The notes beneath the pieces are model-generated. The model was not told where the DNA came from, made no database searches, and was given only the letters and a program-made list of their open reading frames with translations. Below, piece after piece: positions 49,501 to 59,030 of a DNA stretch of 64,000 nucleotides. The DNA lies in the IMG/VR virus record IMGVR_UViG_3300035181_001055, positions 62,754 through 126,753 of that record; one strand, written 5' to 3'. Source of the DNA: a virus. Both the position numbers and the translations under genes were made by a program. Numbering within the stretch: the first letter of the stretch is position 1; every line of letters begins with the position of its first letter.

Positions 49501-50525
49501 AGAGAGTAGCTGAAATTCTTCGTTATAATAACGTCGAAATACCTAAAACATCTGTTAATGATGCGCCAACATTCAAGTCTCTTATCAGCAGAACTAATAT
49601 GGCCAATGCAGTTATTCAAGATTTGAGAGTTGAAGAGACGAAGGCTTCACTGACTGCTATGGAGCGAAAGAGTGTTGAATATGATGTTTTTAACAAATAC
49701 CGACACGGTAACATTGCGGTAAAATTCTTGAGAGAATTCTCTGTTGATTTGCCAGTGCAAAGAAGAGGTCAAGAGAAATTCTTGGAAGAACAACCTAAAA
49801 CAGAAGTGATTGACCCAGCATTCCACGGCACTGGGTCAGTTGCCGCTTCCATGATTCTCAGATACGGATTTTCCGTCATAAGTAGCGGCGATTCGTCAGT
49901 TGTCGGTCGAATGTTAGGGAATGGAATCTATTTCTCAACTGTTCTCGATAAGGTTAGCCAATATGTTTCGGACGCTGGGTATACTAGAGGCATTGGAACA
50001 AAAGGCTATATTTTCCAGATGCATGCTTTGTTGGGAAGAAAAATGAAAGATTACAGTGTCGCTGGTGTTGGCGGCGACAATATAATATCGCCTGAATGGT
50101 GTGTATTCAGACCGAATGAGCAGCTGAGGATCTATAAAGCATTCGAAGCCGAAATCATAAGCAAAGAAGAAATGGATAAATTGAAAGAGAAATACAAGAT
50201 AAATGAAAATACCGCGGTTAGAATTTTGTCATTTAAGGAATTTTTGCGTGAAGCTATGACCCCTGGGTTGCAAACAACAACATATACTTTTGTCGATGGA
50301 ACGATCCCTATTTCGGAAATAGATGCCGTTGACTTCGAAGAATTCAAGCCTGAGCAATTTGGACCTCACGTTCGTCTCGAACCTTCTCAAAATGGCCCGA
50401 TGGTTATCATCGACCACGAAGGCGACGAGAGCCAAGCTTACTGTGTCCGCTACACCTTCCAGTTCATGACCGATGATGAAGAGCTTCAGAAGTTCTTGAA
50501 CCTTCTACGCAAAAATAGCGCTTGA
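46542..50525 (+). CDS. 1327-aa protein with C-terminal PARP-type (H-Y-E) ADP-ribosyltransferase domain
   Basis: AFHGT, GNGIYFS...K.SQY and PEWCVF motifs. Confidence 0.78.
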   Translation: MRFEDFIKHLQENSLYTDANSKSALSSDKERLMDSLMFNFFGFLGLYRLSDSRSFLKTYDSTEGKLMVNEIGDKNHDVSLSVKMAHDAGLINTAVVNKMTRLLALIKQKRLRGKDLDENQIRALLDEIHYASHKPSVRVFLAVQAFHNGVLDLPNLAKELYKLAKLREYKGITGEFRELVMKGQYNDFFSKLKPPAQTTGIPITLPPSNNTSNSSVDKIPADNALPQKTAANSVKTTPKSKALDDVAAKKAVVKLGQTNEFMEAIFNATNQKQFDDAFETYGVDEKNFDFSKFKNWLISSKKSKRPNVSIMSWPLFNWLDSSLATKNIEARKSINLVTLNYFRSFAELGEINEFIKDIEKIDFSKIKKFFDSSLSRDYDDIVSKLMELFVKNVISRVTDFSDSTFNKIESIYDSIKKFAETVGAFQATVIQNVNLYKEFNGTSAILLALDALPDSAINIAFSGKLSKWFEKAFGSDCLIDSKSSLFLIKKPNYDKASSEMQKAFQLLVRKKINGAGVVDTQNEIGKIWLNHWSIKLVATPASNIVRSINNFKEIDVTKLTEKDIDYAYNELAVNSNVDSIAKVFELTDTSKLNTTGNAYYSNAMKVIEKLVKNDKIADSLILIIYASKRKSEFDAFTKLLENSSILSTVQKSFTEFLDSTPRCYPSLELLKELSKWYVSLVKRGKVKLSKSLAYFFYSKYKDIDYVLPSDQASIEELFNEKKSYFYMQEYLRWIVSKNEILRNKIIEFNEKTLDLSYYNGTLIDGFKITYPVKFLSDEYITDGIIRNFKRLWLEIGSLETIKRYEFSKKLTDAYNETIAKGLEDPNHVAFLFKALSTSSPEKFNEYFGKMDVQKIQEILDDSRTKERDVAKFLEMISNNKDFAKKLSTSSISNFFQAIGQEFSKNKNKYSKAIRDSMNESLCNYLLEMNGVGRESDVETIYAALIRDRNYKKDLIKYFSNHVFLKDASKVMFDDKNPIKPYMELDSKRVAEILRYNNVEIPKTSVNDAPTFKSLISRTNMANAVIQDLRVEETKASLTAMERKSVEYDVFNKYRHGNIAVKFLREFSVDLPVQRRGQEKFLEEQPKTEVIDPAFHGTGSVAASMILRYGFSVISSGDSSVVGRMLGNGIYFSTVLDKVSQYVSDAGYTRGIGTKGYIFQMHALLGRKMKDYSVAGVGGDNIISPEWCVFRPNEQLRIYKAFEAEIISKEEMDKLKEKYKINENTAVRILSFKEFLREAMTPGLQTTTYTFVDGTIPISEIDAVDFEEFKPEQFGPHVRLEPSQNGPMVIIDHEGDESQAYCVRYTFQFMTDDEELQKFLNLLRKNSA

Positions 50526-50550
50526 CATTTTTGTAGACGTCTGGTATAAT
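50522..50550 (+). promoter_or_regulatory. Consensus sigma70 promoter
   Basis: TTGACA-17 nt-TATAAT. Confidence 0.9.
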
Positions 50551-50607
50551 ATGTGGCGTGGAGGAGATGATCCCCACGCCATTTTTGCGTATTTTGAGGT
50601 CATTACC

Positions 50608-50853
50608 ATGTCTGAAAATTCTTCTGGAACTTCTGTTGGTACTTCTTTGATTGATCGTGTGCGTCGAATTGAGCGAAATGTTGGGCTGATTAAGTACTAC
50701 TCGTCATTCAAGATGCCTGACGGTCGGCAACGAATCAAGTATGATGATCTAGTTGAACAAGTGAAATGTGACGCTAAAATCGTCGAAGATGAATTGACTA
50801 GAATCCGTGATATTTGGGAACAAGTTAAACCGCTAACCGAGGAAATCACATGA
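50608..50853 (+). CDS. Hypothetical early protein
   Basis: GAGG RBS; downstream of the promoter. Confidence 0.65.
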   Translation: MSENSSGTSVGTSLIDRVRRIERNVGLIKYYSSFKMPDGRQRIKYDDLVEQVKCDAKIVEDELTRIRDIWEQVKPLTEEIT

Positions 50854-51206
50854 GACTGAAGATGGCAATGCTGCTTAATCTATGGCATGATGCTCACAAA
50901 ATCTATTACCCGAATGAAGACTTAACTAAGGAGCATTTCAGAATCACTAAATTGTTAGATTTCGGAGAGTATAGAGAAAGATGGTTTGCTGTCAATAAAA
51001 GTTTGATTCATGGGAACTGGGAAGAGGAATTTGACAATTATGATTCTGCTCACGCTGCTATCGAGAAGCGAATAAGAGAACAAACAGAAGAAACCGTATA
51101 TCTTTTCTTCCATGACGTTGAACAGCGATCGAGCAAAAAATTTGAGAGAGACGCCGCGGACACCTCTTCTATGTACAAAATACGTGAACGTTTGGAGTCG
51201 CTATGA
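50850..51206 (+). CDS. Hypothetical protein
   Basis: ATGA-coupled ORF. Confidence 0.65.
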   Translation: MRLKMAMLLNLWHDAHKIYYPNEDLTKEHFRITKLLDFGEYRERWFAVNKSLIHGNWEEEFDNYDSAHAAIEKRIREQTEETVYLFFHDVEQRSSKKFERDAADTSSMYKIRERLESL

Positions 51207-51784
51207 TCACACATCTTAATTTTGACCTCGAGACTCTAGGTAAAAAATCAAATAGCGTCATTCTTAGCATGGCGTGCATCGCTTTCAAATTTGAAGATGA
51301 CACACCTTATTCCCAATACGTTCTAGATGGATTCTATGTCAAATTTAATCCTCTCGAACAAATAAAGATGGGAAGAACTGTCGATCGTGAAACTGTTGAA
51401 TGGTGGAAGCAGCAAAATGAAGAAGCTCGTAAGGTGACGCAACCTAGCGACAATGATGTTAGTGTCTCGGAGGGGCTTGCGCTATTGCGAGATTATATCA
51501 ACGGAACTGATTATGAATGGAAAACAGGGTACTGTTGGAGCAGAGGGAATTATTTCGATTTTCCCATGATAGAAGATATCCATGATCAGTTTGGCGCTAA
51601 ATTGCCATTTAATACATGGAAAATTCGTGATATCAGAACGATGATTGACGTTTTGACAGGAGATGATAGAGGCAGGTATGAGCTTCGAGATGGTATCCCT
51701 AAGGATTATGTTCCTCATCATGCTCTTTATGACACTGCATTGGACATTATGCGAATGAAAGAAATTTTCAAAAGCAATTTGTGA
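51203..51784 (+). CDS. dexA: DEDDh 3'-5' exonuclease (DexA-like)
   Basis: DLETLG, WSRGNYFD, RDIRT and HHALYD motifs. Confidence 0.82.
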   Translation: MITHLNFDLETLGKKSNSVILSMACIAFKFEDDTPYSQYVLDGFYVKFNPLEQIKMGRTVDRETVEWWKQQNEEARKVTQPSDNDVSVSEGLALLRDYINGTDYEWKTGYCWSRGNYFDFPMIEDIHDQFGAKLPFNTWKIRDIRTMIDVLTGDDRGRYELRDGIPKDYVPHHALYDTALDIMRMKEIFKSNL

Positions 51785-52018
51785 ATGGAGGCTTTCATGT
51801 TTGTGACCAAGGTTATTGATTCCGTGTGCAAAGAAAATCGCAATGCAAAGAAAATTGATGATAATAGTTTTCGAATCGGGTCGAATTCTATTCGTATCTA
51901 TGATAACGGAGGAATTTATGACGTGACTCGATTCGGTCTCAAATTTACAGATGTTCCGCAGACTAAGCGAAGTGTTTTTGCTCCTGAGCTGAAGGATGTT
52001 ATTCGCAATTTCATTTGA
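51785..52018 (+). CDS. Hypothetical protein
   Basis: ORF within the operon. Confidence 0.6.
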   Translation: MEAFMFVTKVIDSVCKENRNAKKIDDNSFRIGSNSIRIYDNGGIYDVTRFGLKFTDVPQTKRSVFAPELKDVIRNFI

Positions 52019-52021
52019 AAG

Positions 52022-52306
52022 GTGATTTATATGAGCCAATTTACAAACATCGTGATTCCTTCCAATCCCACTGAGCGCGAAGCTATCAAATCTAGCATGA
52101 AAGAGATAAGCGACGTTATGACTATGATTGAAGCAAAGCGTCAGTTCATCACAGATGAGATTAAAGCTCTTTCTGAAAAATACAAATTGCCTGCTCGATT
52201 TCTTCGAAAAATGGCTCGCGCATATCATTCGCAGACTTTTCAGAAAGAAAAGCAGGAGATGCTCGATTTTGAAGCTCTATACGAATCCATAGTCGGTGAA
52301 AAATGA
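52022..52306 (+). CDS. DsbA-like double-stranded DNA-binding protein
   Basis: Helical pattern KEIS...IEA...I...K.L..KY.LP...LRKMARAYH...LYE. Confidence 0.7.
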   Translation: MIYMSQFTNIVIPSNPTEREAIKSSMKEISDVMTMIEAKRQFITDEIKALSEKYKLPARFLRKMARAYHSQTFQKEKQEMLDFEALYESIVGEK

Positions 52307-52329
52307 GAAACACAAAGTAAGTAACGACT

Positions 52330-52360
52330 ATGAAACCTTGCCGAAGCAAGGTTTCATTTT
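52330..52360 (+). terminator. Intrinsic terminator
   Basis: Perfect 12-bp stem ATGAAACCTTGC-CGAA-GCAAGGTTTCAT followed by TTT. Confidence 0.88.
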
Positions 52361-52368
52361 GACTGCCA

Positions 52369-52376
52369 TATAAATA
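52369..52376 (+). promoter_or_regulatory. T4-type late promoter TATAAATA
   Basis: Exact consensus. Confidence 0.85.
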
Positions 52377-52414
52377 TGAATAGTATTCTAAATTTGTTTT
52401 CGAGAGGCGAATAG

Positions 52415-53899
52415 ATGTTTTCTTTCAAAAAATGGTTAACAGAAGCTTTTTCTAATGCTAATGCTGAGCGAGTTAATGAACTCATTAGAAAATACCTTGA
52501 AAAGAAACTAGGCGGAAAAGTAGTTAAGATGCCTGGGGTTGAAGAATTCAGCAACAGCATTGAAAAAGGATTCGGAATTCGTTATTTCTATGACAAGATT
52601 AAGAGTGTTCGTTTCAACTGGACTTCAGCGATTGGGGTCATGAACCTTCACTCGGTTGACATTTGGTTTGGAACAGGGCCTGACCCCGATTTTCATATTG
52701 AGTTTCCTGGAGATGTTAGCATCGTAAAAGTTTTACCTAGCGTTGTTGATGTTCTCCAAAATCCTTCAGTCGGCACATTTGAAGCCATCCCTGTTGATGA
52801 TTTGAATGAAGAGATTAACGTCCCATATATTGCTGAATCAGTTTTGCATGATATTTGGGACGAGGTTATGACGTATATCAAAGCTGGGCAGCCTGTTCGA
52901 GTGAGCGCAATTGAAAGCACTCTAGGCAGTCGCGGCTATAAAATCATCAATGCCATTCGAGCAGAGTTCCCGAATTATTTTGAGGTTCAAGGACGCAATG
53001 TCATCTTTACTGGTGATGTTCATGAAATTGCTGCATCTAAAGACAAGATTCTTGGCAAAATTGGTGGTGTTAAAATGCGAGTCACGAAAGGTGGCTCGGA
53101 CGAAACAATTGCAATTGACCCTAAACTGAAAGATCTAGAGGAAATTGATAAAGAGGGCGTTGAAAAAGTCGCCTATGAAGATCAACTGAAAGACCTCGCG
53201 GGTCTTATTAAGCTAGTTGTCAAAGGCGCTTCGAATGCTCTATTCATCGCTGGCCGCGGAGGCGTAGGTAAGACACATACCGTCGAAACTGTTCTTGGCG
53301 ATCTTGGCCTGAAGGACGGCGAAGGCTACTTCAAGAATACAGGTAGCGCATCGGCTATTGGTATTTACAAGTTGCTGTATAAGCATCGTGACGAAATCAT
53401 CCTCTTCGATGACAGCGATGGTGCTCTCGCCGATCAAGACAGCCGAAACATTTTCAAAGCTGCTACTGATACCAAGAAAGTTCGCAAACTCGTTTGGAAT
53501 AAGGATAGCAAGAATCTGGTCGATCCTGACGAAATGGATGACGAGGACGACACCAAGATTCCTAAGTACTTCGAGTTCACTGGAAGAATCATTTTCATTT
53601 CAAACCTCAGCATCGACAAACTAGACCCTGATGGCGCATTGAGAACACGCGCTCTTATGATTTCTATCGACCCGACTGATGAAGAAGTCCTGAACTTTAT
53701 GGAAAAAATCGTCAATCAAATCCCACTCGAGGATGGGTTGGAGCTCGATGAAGATGCGAGAAAAGAAGTCGTTGACCAGATGCGCAAGAGCACACGGAAG
53801 GGCGACATTAGCATTCGTAAATTGGTACGTGGCCTGAATATGCGCGCAGCTCTAGGTCCTGGCGATGATTGGGTGCGTTTAGTCAAGCTGTATGCTTAA
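52415..53899 (+). CDS. Late protein with C-terminal P-loop (AAA+-like) ATPase
   Basis: AGRGGVGKT Walker A, ILFDD Walker B and IFISN sensor. Confidence 0.8.
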   Translation: MFSFKKWLTEAFSNANAERVNELIRKYLEKKLGGKVVKMPGVEEFSNSIEKGFGIRYFYDKIKSVRFNWTSAIGVMNLHSVDIWFGTGPDPDFHIEFPGDVSIVKVLPSVVDVLQNPSVGTFEAIPVDDLNEEINVPYIAESVLHDIWDEVMTYIKAGQPVRVSAIESTLGSRGYKIINAIRAEFPNYFEVQGRNVIFTGDVHEIAASKDKILGKIGGVKMRVTKGGSDETIAIDPKLKDLEEIDKEGVEKVAYEDQLKDLAGLIKLVVKGASNALFIAGRGGVGKTHTVETVLGDLGLKDGEGYFKNTGSASAIGIYKLLYKHRDEIILFDDSDGALADQDSRNIFKAATDTKKVRKLVWNKDSKNLVDPDEMDDEDDTKIPKYFEFTGRIIFISNLSIDKLDPDGALRTRALMISIDPTDEEVLNFMEKIVNQIPLEDGLELDEDARKEVVDQMRKSTRKGDISIRKLVRGLNMRAALGPGDDWVRLVKLYA

Positions 53900-53908
53900 G
53901 GAGTAAGC

Positions 53909-54265
53909 ATGAAACCCGCAGCGCTTGACATCACAATCTATCAGGGAAGCACATTCTCTCAACCGTTTCAATGGAAAAGCGGGGATCCGTCTGCACCTGT
54001 CAATCTCACTGGGTATAAAGCGAGAATGCAAATTCGTGAGAAAATTAGCTCGCCTACTTACATCATTAATTTAACTACCGAGAATGGCGGGATTGTATTT
54101 CGAGACGCGATTAATGGCATATTTTCAATTGAAATGTCAGACGCAGTTACTGCAGCGATGGATTTTAAGCATGCGGTTTATGATATTGAATTTGTTTCTC
54201 CTGGCGGAATCGTGACGAGATTATTCGGCGGAGATGTTATTTTGTCGCCAGAGGTTACAAGATGA
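53909..54265 (+). CDS. Putative baseplate/fibre-associated protein
   Basis: [11 protein letters not shown]...ARMQIR...YDIE pattern; first gene of the fibre cluster. Confidence 0.55.
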   Translation: MKPAALDITIYQGSTFSQPFQWKSGDPSAPVNLTGYKARMQIREKISSPTYIINLTTENGGIVFRDAINGIFSIEMSDAVTAAMDFKHAVYDIEFVSPGGIVTRLFGGDVILSPEVTR

Positions 54266-54792
54266 CCGATTCAGTTCAAGTAATACAGGGCCAAGACTCT
54301 ACTGTAGTTATAACACAAGATGTTGCTAACTTAGTTCAAACGAGTAACGAACCTGTAGTAATTGATAGGATTACTGAAGGTCCTCAGGGGCCGCAAGGGA
54401 TGCCAGGACCTCAGGGGCCTGTTGGACCTATTGGACCACAAGGGCCTATTGGCCCTATTGGACCCCAAGGGCCGCAAGGCGAGAAGGGGGATAGAGGCGA
54501 TCCTGGCGCTGCATTGCTAACTGTTCACCAGTCATATGAGTGGTCAAATACTAATCCGATTCTGATGCTAGGAGAAATCGGAGTAGAATTTGACACTCGA
54601 AAAATAAAATTAGGCGATGGTGTTACTCATTGGAATGATTTGGAATATTTTTTGTATGTGCCGCCAAGTATTTCTAATGCGGACTTAAGCAATGTTAGCG
54701 ATGGGTCTGTGCTTGTTTATAGAGATTCTGCTAGTAAATTTGTGGCAACAAAATTACTTAATCAACAGTCCGTTGACGCGGGCGAATTTTAA
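54262..54792 (+). CDS. Collagen-repeat fibre protein
   Basis: (G-X-Y) repeats and [17 protein letters not shown] module. Confidence 0.8.
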   Translation: MTDSVQVIQGQDSTVVITQDVANLVQTSNEPVVIDRITEGPQGPQGMPGPQGPVGPIGPQGPIGPIGPQGPQGEKGDRGDPGAALLTVHQSYEWSNTNPILMLGEIGVEFDTRKIKLGDGVTHWNDLEYFLYVPPSISNADLSNVSDGSVLVYRDSASKFVATKLLNQQSVDAGEF

Positions 54793-54806
54793 GAGAGGTC
54801 GAAGAT

Positions 54807-57083
54807 ATGTCATCAACAATCAAAATCAAAAGAAGTGAAGTAAGCGGCAATCCGTCAGTACTAGCCGCCGGCGAGCTTGCATATTCGGGATTACCTGATA
54901 ATGGATCAAATGGCGGTGATAGGCTTTACATTGGTATAGGCACCGAGACAAACGGAAATGCCGCCAATCATGTAGTCATCGGCGGAAAGTATTTCACTGA
55001 CATGCTCAATCATGTCAAAGGCGTCTTGACTGCTAATAGCGCCATTGTTGTTGATGGCAATAGTAAGATAGACCATTTGATCGTCGATAATATTGACATT
55101 AACGGAAATACTATCTCAGCAACCGATACAAACGGCAATCTCGTTCTGAAGTCAAATGGTTCAGGGCGGGTTTCTATTAACGGTAATTACTCTCTGCCTA
55201 ATGCTGATGGAACTGCTGGCCAGATTCTCGTTACAGACGGCGCAGGGTCAGTTACTTTCCAGTCGGCGCCGTCGTCATCATTCAATATTACAGGCAATTC
55301 TGGTAGCGATGTATTCAATACTGGCGAGAATCTAAATGTAGTAGGCACCGATGCTATTTCGACGTCAGTCACAGATAATAGCATCAGCATCTCAGTCTCG
55401 GATGCAACTAATACTGCAAAAGGTGTTGCCAGTTTTTCGAGCAGCTCGTTTGCAGTAACTAGCGGATCAGTCTCAATAAAACCCGCAGGAATTTCGAATT
55501 CGCAGCTTGCGAATTCCTCTGTTACGCTCGGAACAACTTCTGTTGCCTTGGGTGGAACAGCAACATCTCTGTCTGGTCTGACATCTATTACAGCAACCAC
55601 TTTCATTGGAAATCTTCAAGGCAATGCAGATACTGCGACTGCCGCATCCAATGCAGACACCGCTACTAAACTTGCTACACCTAGAACAATTTCTCTTTCA
55701 GGCGATTTGTCTGGTAGTGTTAGTTTCGATGGTAGCGCCGACGTAACCTTAGCTGCAACAATTGCCCCTGATTCTATTGCTCTTGGAACTGACACGACTG
55801 GCAATTACGTCGCTAGTGTAACTGCTTCAGCAGGAACTGGCGTTTCTGTTACTGGTTCTGGTGAAGGCGCAGCTGTAGTCGTTTCAGGTGTTGATGCAAC
55901 TAATACCAGCAAGGGTGTCGCAAGTTTCAGTAGTAGTACATTCAGCGTAAGCAGCGGCGCTGTTGACATCAAAGCTGGTGGGGTTAGCAATTCGCAACTC
56001 GCCAACAGCAAAGTCACCATCGGTTCAACTGATGTTTCTTTGGGGTCGACGCAAACAGACATCGCGGGGTTAACAAGCCTCGTTGTTGACAACATCAAGA
56101 TTGACGGCAATGAAATTTCAAGCACAGACAGCAACGGTATAATTTCACTCAAACCGTCTGGAACTGGTCATATTTCAGCTAACGGGTTCTTGCTGAAAGG
56201 ATTGGCTGATCCAGTTGATCCGCAAGATGCCACAACTAAAGCGTATGTTGATAGCGTTGCTACTGGATTGACATGGAAAGATGCTGTTCGCCTTCTTTCC
56301 AATGTTAATGTCGCTCTAACTGGGTCTTCTGGAACATTGACAATCGACGGGAAAAATTTGTCCTCAACGTACAATGGTTCTCGAATCCTTTTGATAAATC
56401 AGACTACTGCGTCTGAAAATGGTATCTACGTCTATAATGATGACGGAACCTCATATAATCTTGCTCGCTCGTCTGATTTGAATTCAGTCAGTGATCTGGC
56501 TGGCGCTTGCGTGTTTGTCATTGATGGTAATACTTACGATAATACTGGATGGGTTCAGAGCAATCCAAAACCAACTGGTTTCGGTGACCAGACTTGGGTC
56601 CAATTCTCTGGTTCTGGTTCATATACTGCAGGCGCAGGTCTGAGCCTAACTGGAAATCAGTTCAGTGTTAATGTTGCAGCGAATGGCGGAATTGAAATTT
56701 CCGCTAATGCTCTACAGCTCAAGAGCACTGTTTCTGGCGATGGTCTGGCCTATGCTAACGGTGTTCTCAATGTTGGCGGAACTCCTGGCCGCATTAGTGT
56801 TGGCGCAGATAATGTTGACATTGATGCTAACTACGCAGGTCAAGCATCAATCACTACAGTTGGCACACTGACTTCTGGAGCACTTGGCTCAGGATTTACG
56901 ACTGTTGGTGTTGCACAAGGCGGTACAGGAGTCACTAGCTTGGCTGCTCGCGGCATTCTTTTCGGCAATGGAACAGGTGCGGTCGGCGCTACTGCTGCGA
57001 GCGCAGCTGATGGTAGCTTCTTGGCTGAAGACTCGACTGGCAACCCATACTGGACGAATGTCATCGACGGCGGAACTTACTGA
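54807..57083 (+). CDS. Tail fibre-like protein
   Basis: GELAY N-terminal module, Ser/Thr/Gly-rich repeats, DATTKAYVD and IDGGTY C-terminus. Confidence 0.8.
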   Translation: MSSTIKIKRSEVSGNPSVLAAGELAYSGLPDNGSNGGDRLYIGIGTETNGNAANHVVIGGKYFTDMLNHVKGVLTANSAIVVDGNSKIDHLIVDNIDINGNTISATDTNGNLVLKSNGSGRVSINGNYSLPNADGTAGQILVTDGAGSVTFQSAPSSSFNITGNSGSDVFNTGENLNVVGTDAISTSVTDNSISISVSDATNTAKGVASFSSSSFAVTSGSVSIKPAGISNSQLANSSVTLGTTSVALGGTATSLSGLTSITATTFIGNLQGNADTATAASNADTATKLATPRTISLSGDLSGSVSFDGSADVTLAATIAPDSIALGTDTTGNYVASVTASAGTGVSVTGSGEGAAVVVSGVDATNTSKGVASFSSSTFSVSSGAVDIKAGGVSNSQLANSKVTIGSTDVSLGSTQTDIAGLTSLVVDNIKIDGNEISSTDSNGIISLKPSGTGHISANGFLLKGLADPVDPQDATTKAYVDSVATGLTWKDAVRLLSNVNVALTGSSGTLTIDGKNLSSTYNGSRILLINQTTASENGIYVYNDDGTSYNLARSSDLNSVSDLAGACVFVIDGNTYDNTGWVQSNPKPTGFGDQTWVQFSGSGSYTAGAGLSLTGNQFSVNVAANGGIEISANALQLKSTVSGDGLAYANGVLNVGGTPGRISVGADNVDIDANYAGQASITTVGTLTSGALGSGFTTVGVAQGGTGVTSLAARGILFGNGTGAVGATAASAADGSFLAEDSTGNPYWTNVIDGGTY

Positions 57084-57107
57084 TAAATATTATTGAGTTC
57101 TTCACTC

Positions 57108-57137
57108 AAGGGGGCTCTATAGTCCCCTTTTATTTTT
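57108..57137 (+). terminator. Intrinsic terminator
   Basis: AAGGGGGCT-CTAT-AGTCCCCTT followed by a T-run. Confidence 0.8.
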
Positions 57138-57155
57138 CCTCTATAGGAGTATAAG

Positions 57156-58277
57156 ATGGCACGTTTAGTAACAAAGAAGTCATCAGTTCCAGGTAAGGCG
57201 CCTTCATCGTCTGATCTTGTTATGGGCGAATTGGCGGTAAATGTGGCCGACAAGGTGATTTATACCAAAGACGCTAATGGGAATATCATTACGCTGGGCG
57301 GCGGAGCTCCGCCCGACGCAACATACTTGACTCTAACTACTAATGCAACGCTAACCAACGAAAGAGTTCTGACTCCGTCAACAGAATTCACTGTAACTGA
57401 TGGCGGTTCTGGCGGAAACTACAGCTTAAGCGTTAATGCTATTTCTGGCAAAAAGATTCAAGGTAGAACAGTTTACAGCAAAACTACAGTAAATTGCGGA
57501 ATTATTATTCCATTCTACCAATATCCTTCAAATGTATATACAAACGCAAGCGCCAATCTAATTCTTGACTTGAAGAGAAAGTATCAAGACGTTGTCGTTA
57601 CAGTTGTATTAAACCCATCGAGTGGCCCAGGTACTGAAACTGATGGAAATTATACAGCCTTGATAAAGCGTTTGTTGGGTGCTGGTATAACTGTCCTAGC
57701 GTATGTCTACACGAGTTATGGGTCACGACCTATTACAGACATTCAAAATGACATTAACACTTATCTAAATCTTTACTCATTCAGCTCTGTTAATGGTCAG
57801 TACGGCATTTTTCTCGACGAGATGTCAACTAGTAATAGCTCTAGTATGCTAACATACTATAAGAGTATAAAAGAATATGCGCACAATCTTGGTCTATATC
57901 CAGTATTCGGTAACCCTGGAGCAGATTTGCCAGCGGATGTGTTTATAAATGAATCGTGCGATGATTACTTGATATATGAAGATAACAAAATTTGGCCGAC
58001 TGAAGACTACTTGAAAGGTGACTTTTATGACGGGCATTCTGATTTCGATTACTCTCAGAGATATGCTTCCATCTTAAATGTTCCTTTTGATGCTGAGAAA
58101 ATACAAATGATGGCTAAGTACTGCGGCGGCATATATGTGACTGATGCTCCGTTTAATAGCGCGTATTCTGTACTTCCATCATATTTGGAGAATCTTTTCG
58201 TAATGCTGTCAAATAAAACAGCTCATAAAAATCTAGGGCTCTTTCACGCTGCACAAATCAACATGCTTATGCCTTAA
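57156..58277 (+). CDS. Fibre/spike protein with spherulin-4-like (GH135) glycoside hydrolase domain
   Basis: IIIPFYQYP, VLNPSSGPG, LAYVYTSYG.R, GIFLDE, GNPG and YE motifs; GELAVN adaptor at the N-terminus. Confidence 0.72.
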   Translation: MARLVTKKSSVPGKAPSSSDLVMGELAVNVADKVIYTKDANGNIITLGGGAPPDATYLTLTTNATLTNERVLTPSTEFTVTDGGSGGNYSLSVNAISGKKIQGRTVYSKTTVNCGIIIPFYQYPSNVYTNASANLILDLKRKYQDVVVTVVLNPSSGPGTETDGNYTALIKRLLGAGITVLAYVYTSYGSRPITDIQNDINTYLNLYSFSSVNGQYGIFLDEMSTSNSSSMLTYYKSIKEYAHNLGLYPVFGNPGADLPADVFINESCDDYLIYEDNKIWPTEDYLKGDFYDGHSDFDYSQRYASILNVPFDAEKIQMMAKYCGGIYVTDAPFNSAYSVLPSYLENLFVMLSNKTAHKNLGLFHAAQINMLMP

Positions 58278-58289
58278 GGAGTAAAACAT

Positions 58290-59030
58290 ATGTCTGGCAA
58301 CATTTCACCGATCTTTTCTCGCGCTGGCGACATTCAAGGCGGCGTGGTCCTAACTGCTGCTGCTAACGATTACAATGGTCAGAACGTTAACAATGCTGTA
58401 GTTTTTTCTGCTGATGCTATGAATGGCGGATATATTCAGCGCTTGCGCTTCAAAGCGTTAGGAACCAACGTTGCTACGGTGTGCAGAATCTTCTTAAATA
58501 ACGGACTAAGTCGTTTTGCTGCAGCTATATCTGCAGTTTCTTCTGCTCCTACTGGATCCGCATCTACGTCAGGCGGCACTCTACAATCTGGTTCTTACTA
58601 TGCCAAGATTGTTGCAGTAGATCAGTATGGCGCGATGACTGCTCCGTCCTCAGAATCTTCAGCAGTTTCGGTTACTGGTCCTACAGGGTCTATAACTTGG
58701 AACTGGACAGCTGTAACGGGTGCAGTGAGTTATATGATTTTTGTGGGAAGCGTTTCTGGTGGTCAAATATCATACTTCACATCAACTACGAATTCATTCG
58801 TTCAGACAGCACCCGTTGGTACAGTTGATTCCATAAACGGGTCAACTGCTAATAACTGGCTATATGGTGAACTTTCTCTGCCAGCAACCACAGCATCTTC
58901 GAGTGCAGCTACTATTGAGATTGACTATCCAATGAACTTTGCTCTACCACCATCATATTCTATCTTGGTTGGTCTCGGGACAGCTGTTGCTGCTGGTTGG
59001 TCGGTTTCTGCTATTGGAGGTAAGTACTAA
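58290..59030 (+). CDS. Probable virion/fibre protein
   Basis: Small-residue-rich ORF in the fibre cluster. Confidence 0.6.
   Translation: MSGNISPIFSRAGDIQGGVVLTAAANDYNGQNVNNAVVFSADAMNGGYIQRLRFKALGTNVATVCRIFLNNGLSRFAAAISAVSSAPTGSASTSGGTLQSGSYYAKIVAVDQYGAMTAPSSESSAVSVTGPTGSITWNWTAVTGAVSYMIFVGSVSGGQISYFTSTTNSFVQTAPVGTVDSINGSTANNWLYGELSLPATTASSSAATIEIDYPMNFALPPSYSILVGLGTAVAAGWSVSAIGGKY

Noticed and set aside
51482-52228. 248-aa minus-strand ORF
   Set aside because: Overlaps three plausible plus-strand genes of one promoter-driven operon and has no recognisable motif
54385-54510. GGN-CCN-CAR periodic repeats
   Set aside because: Ordinary collagen-like G-X-Y coding repeats of a fibre protein
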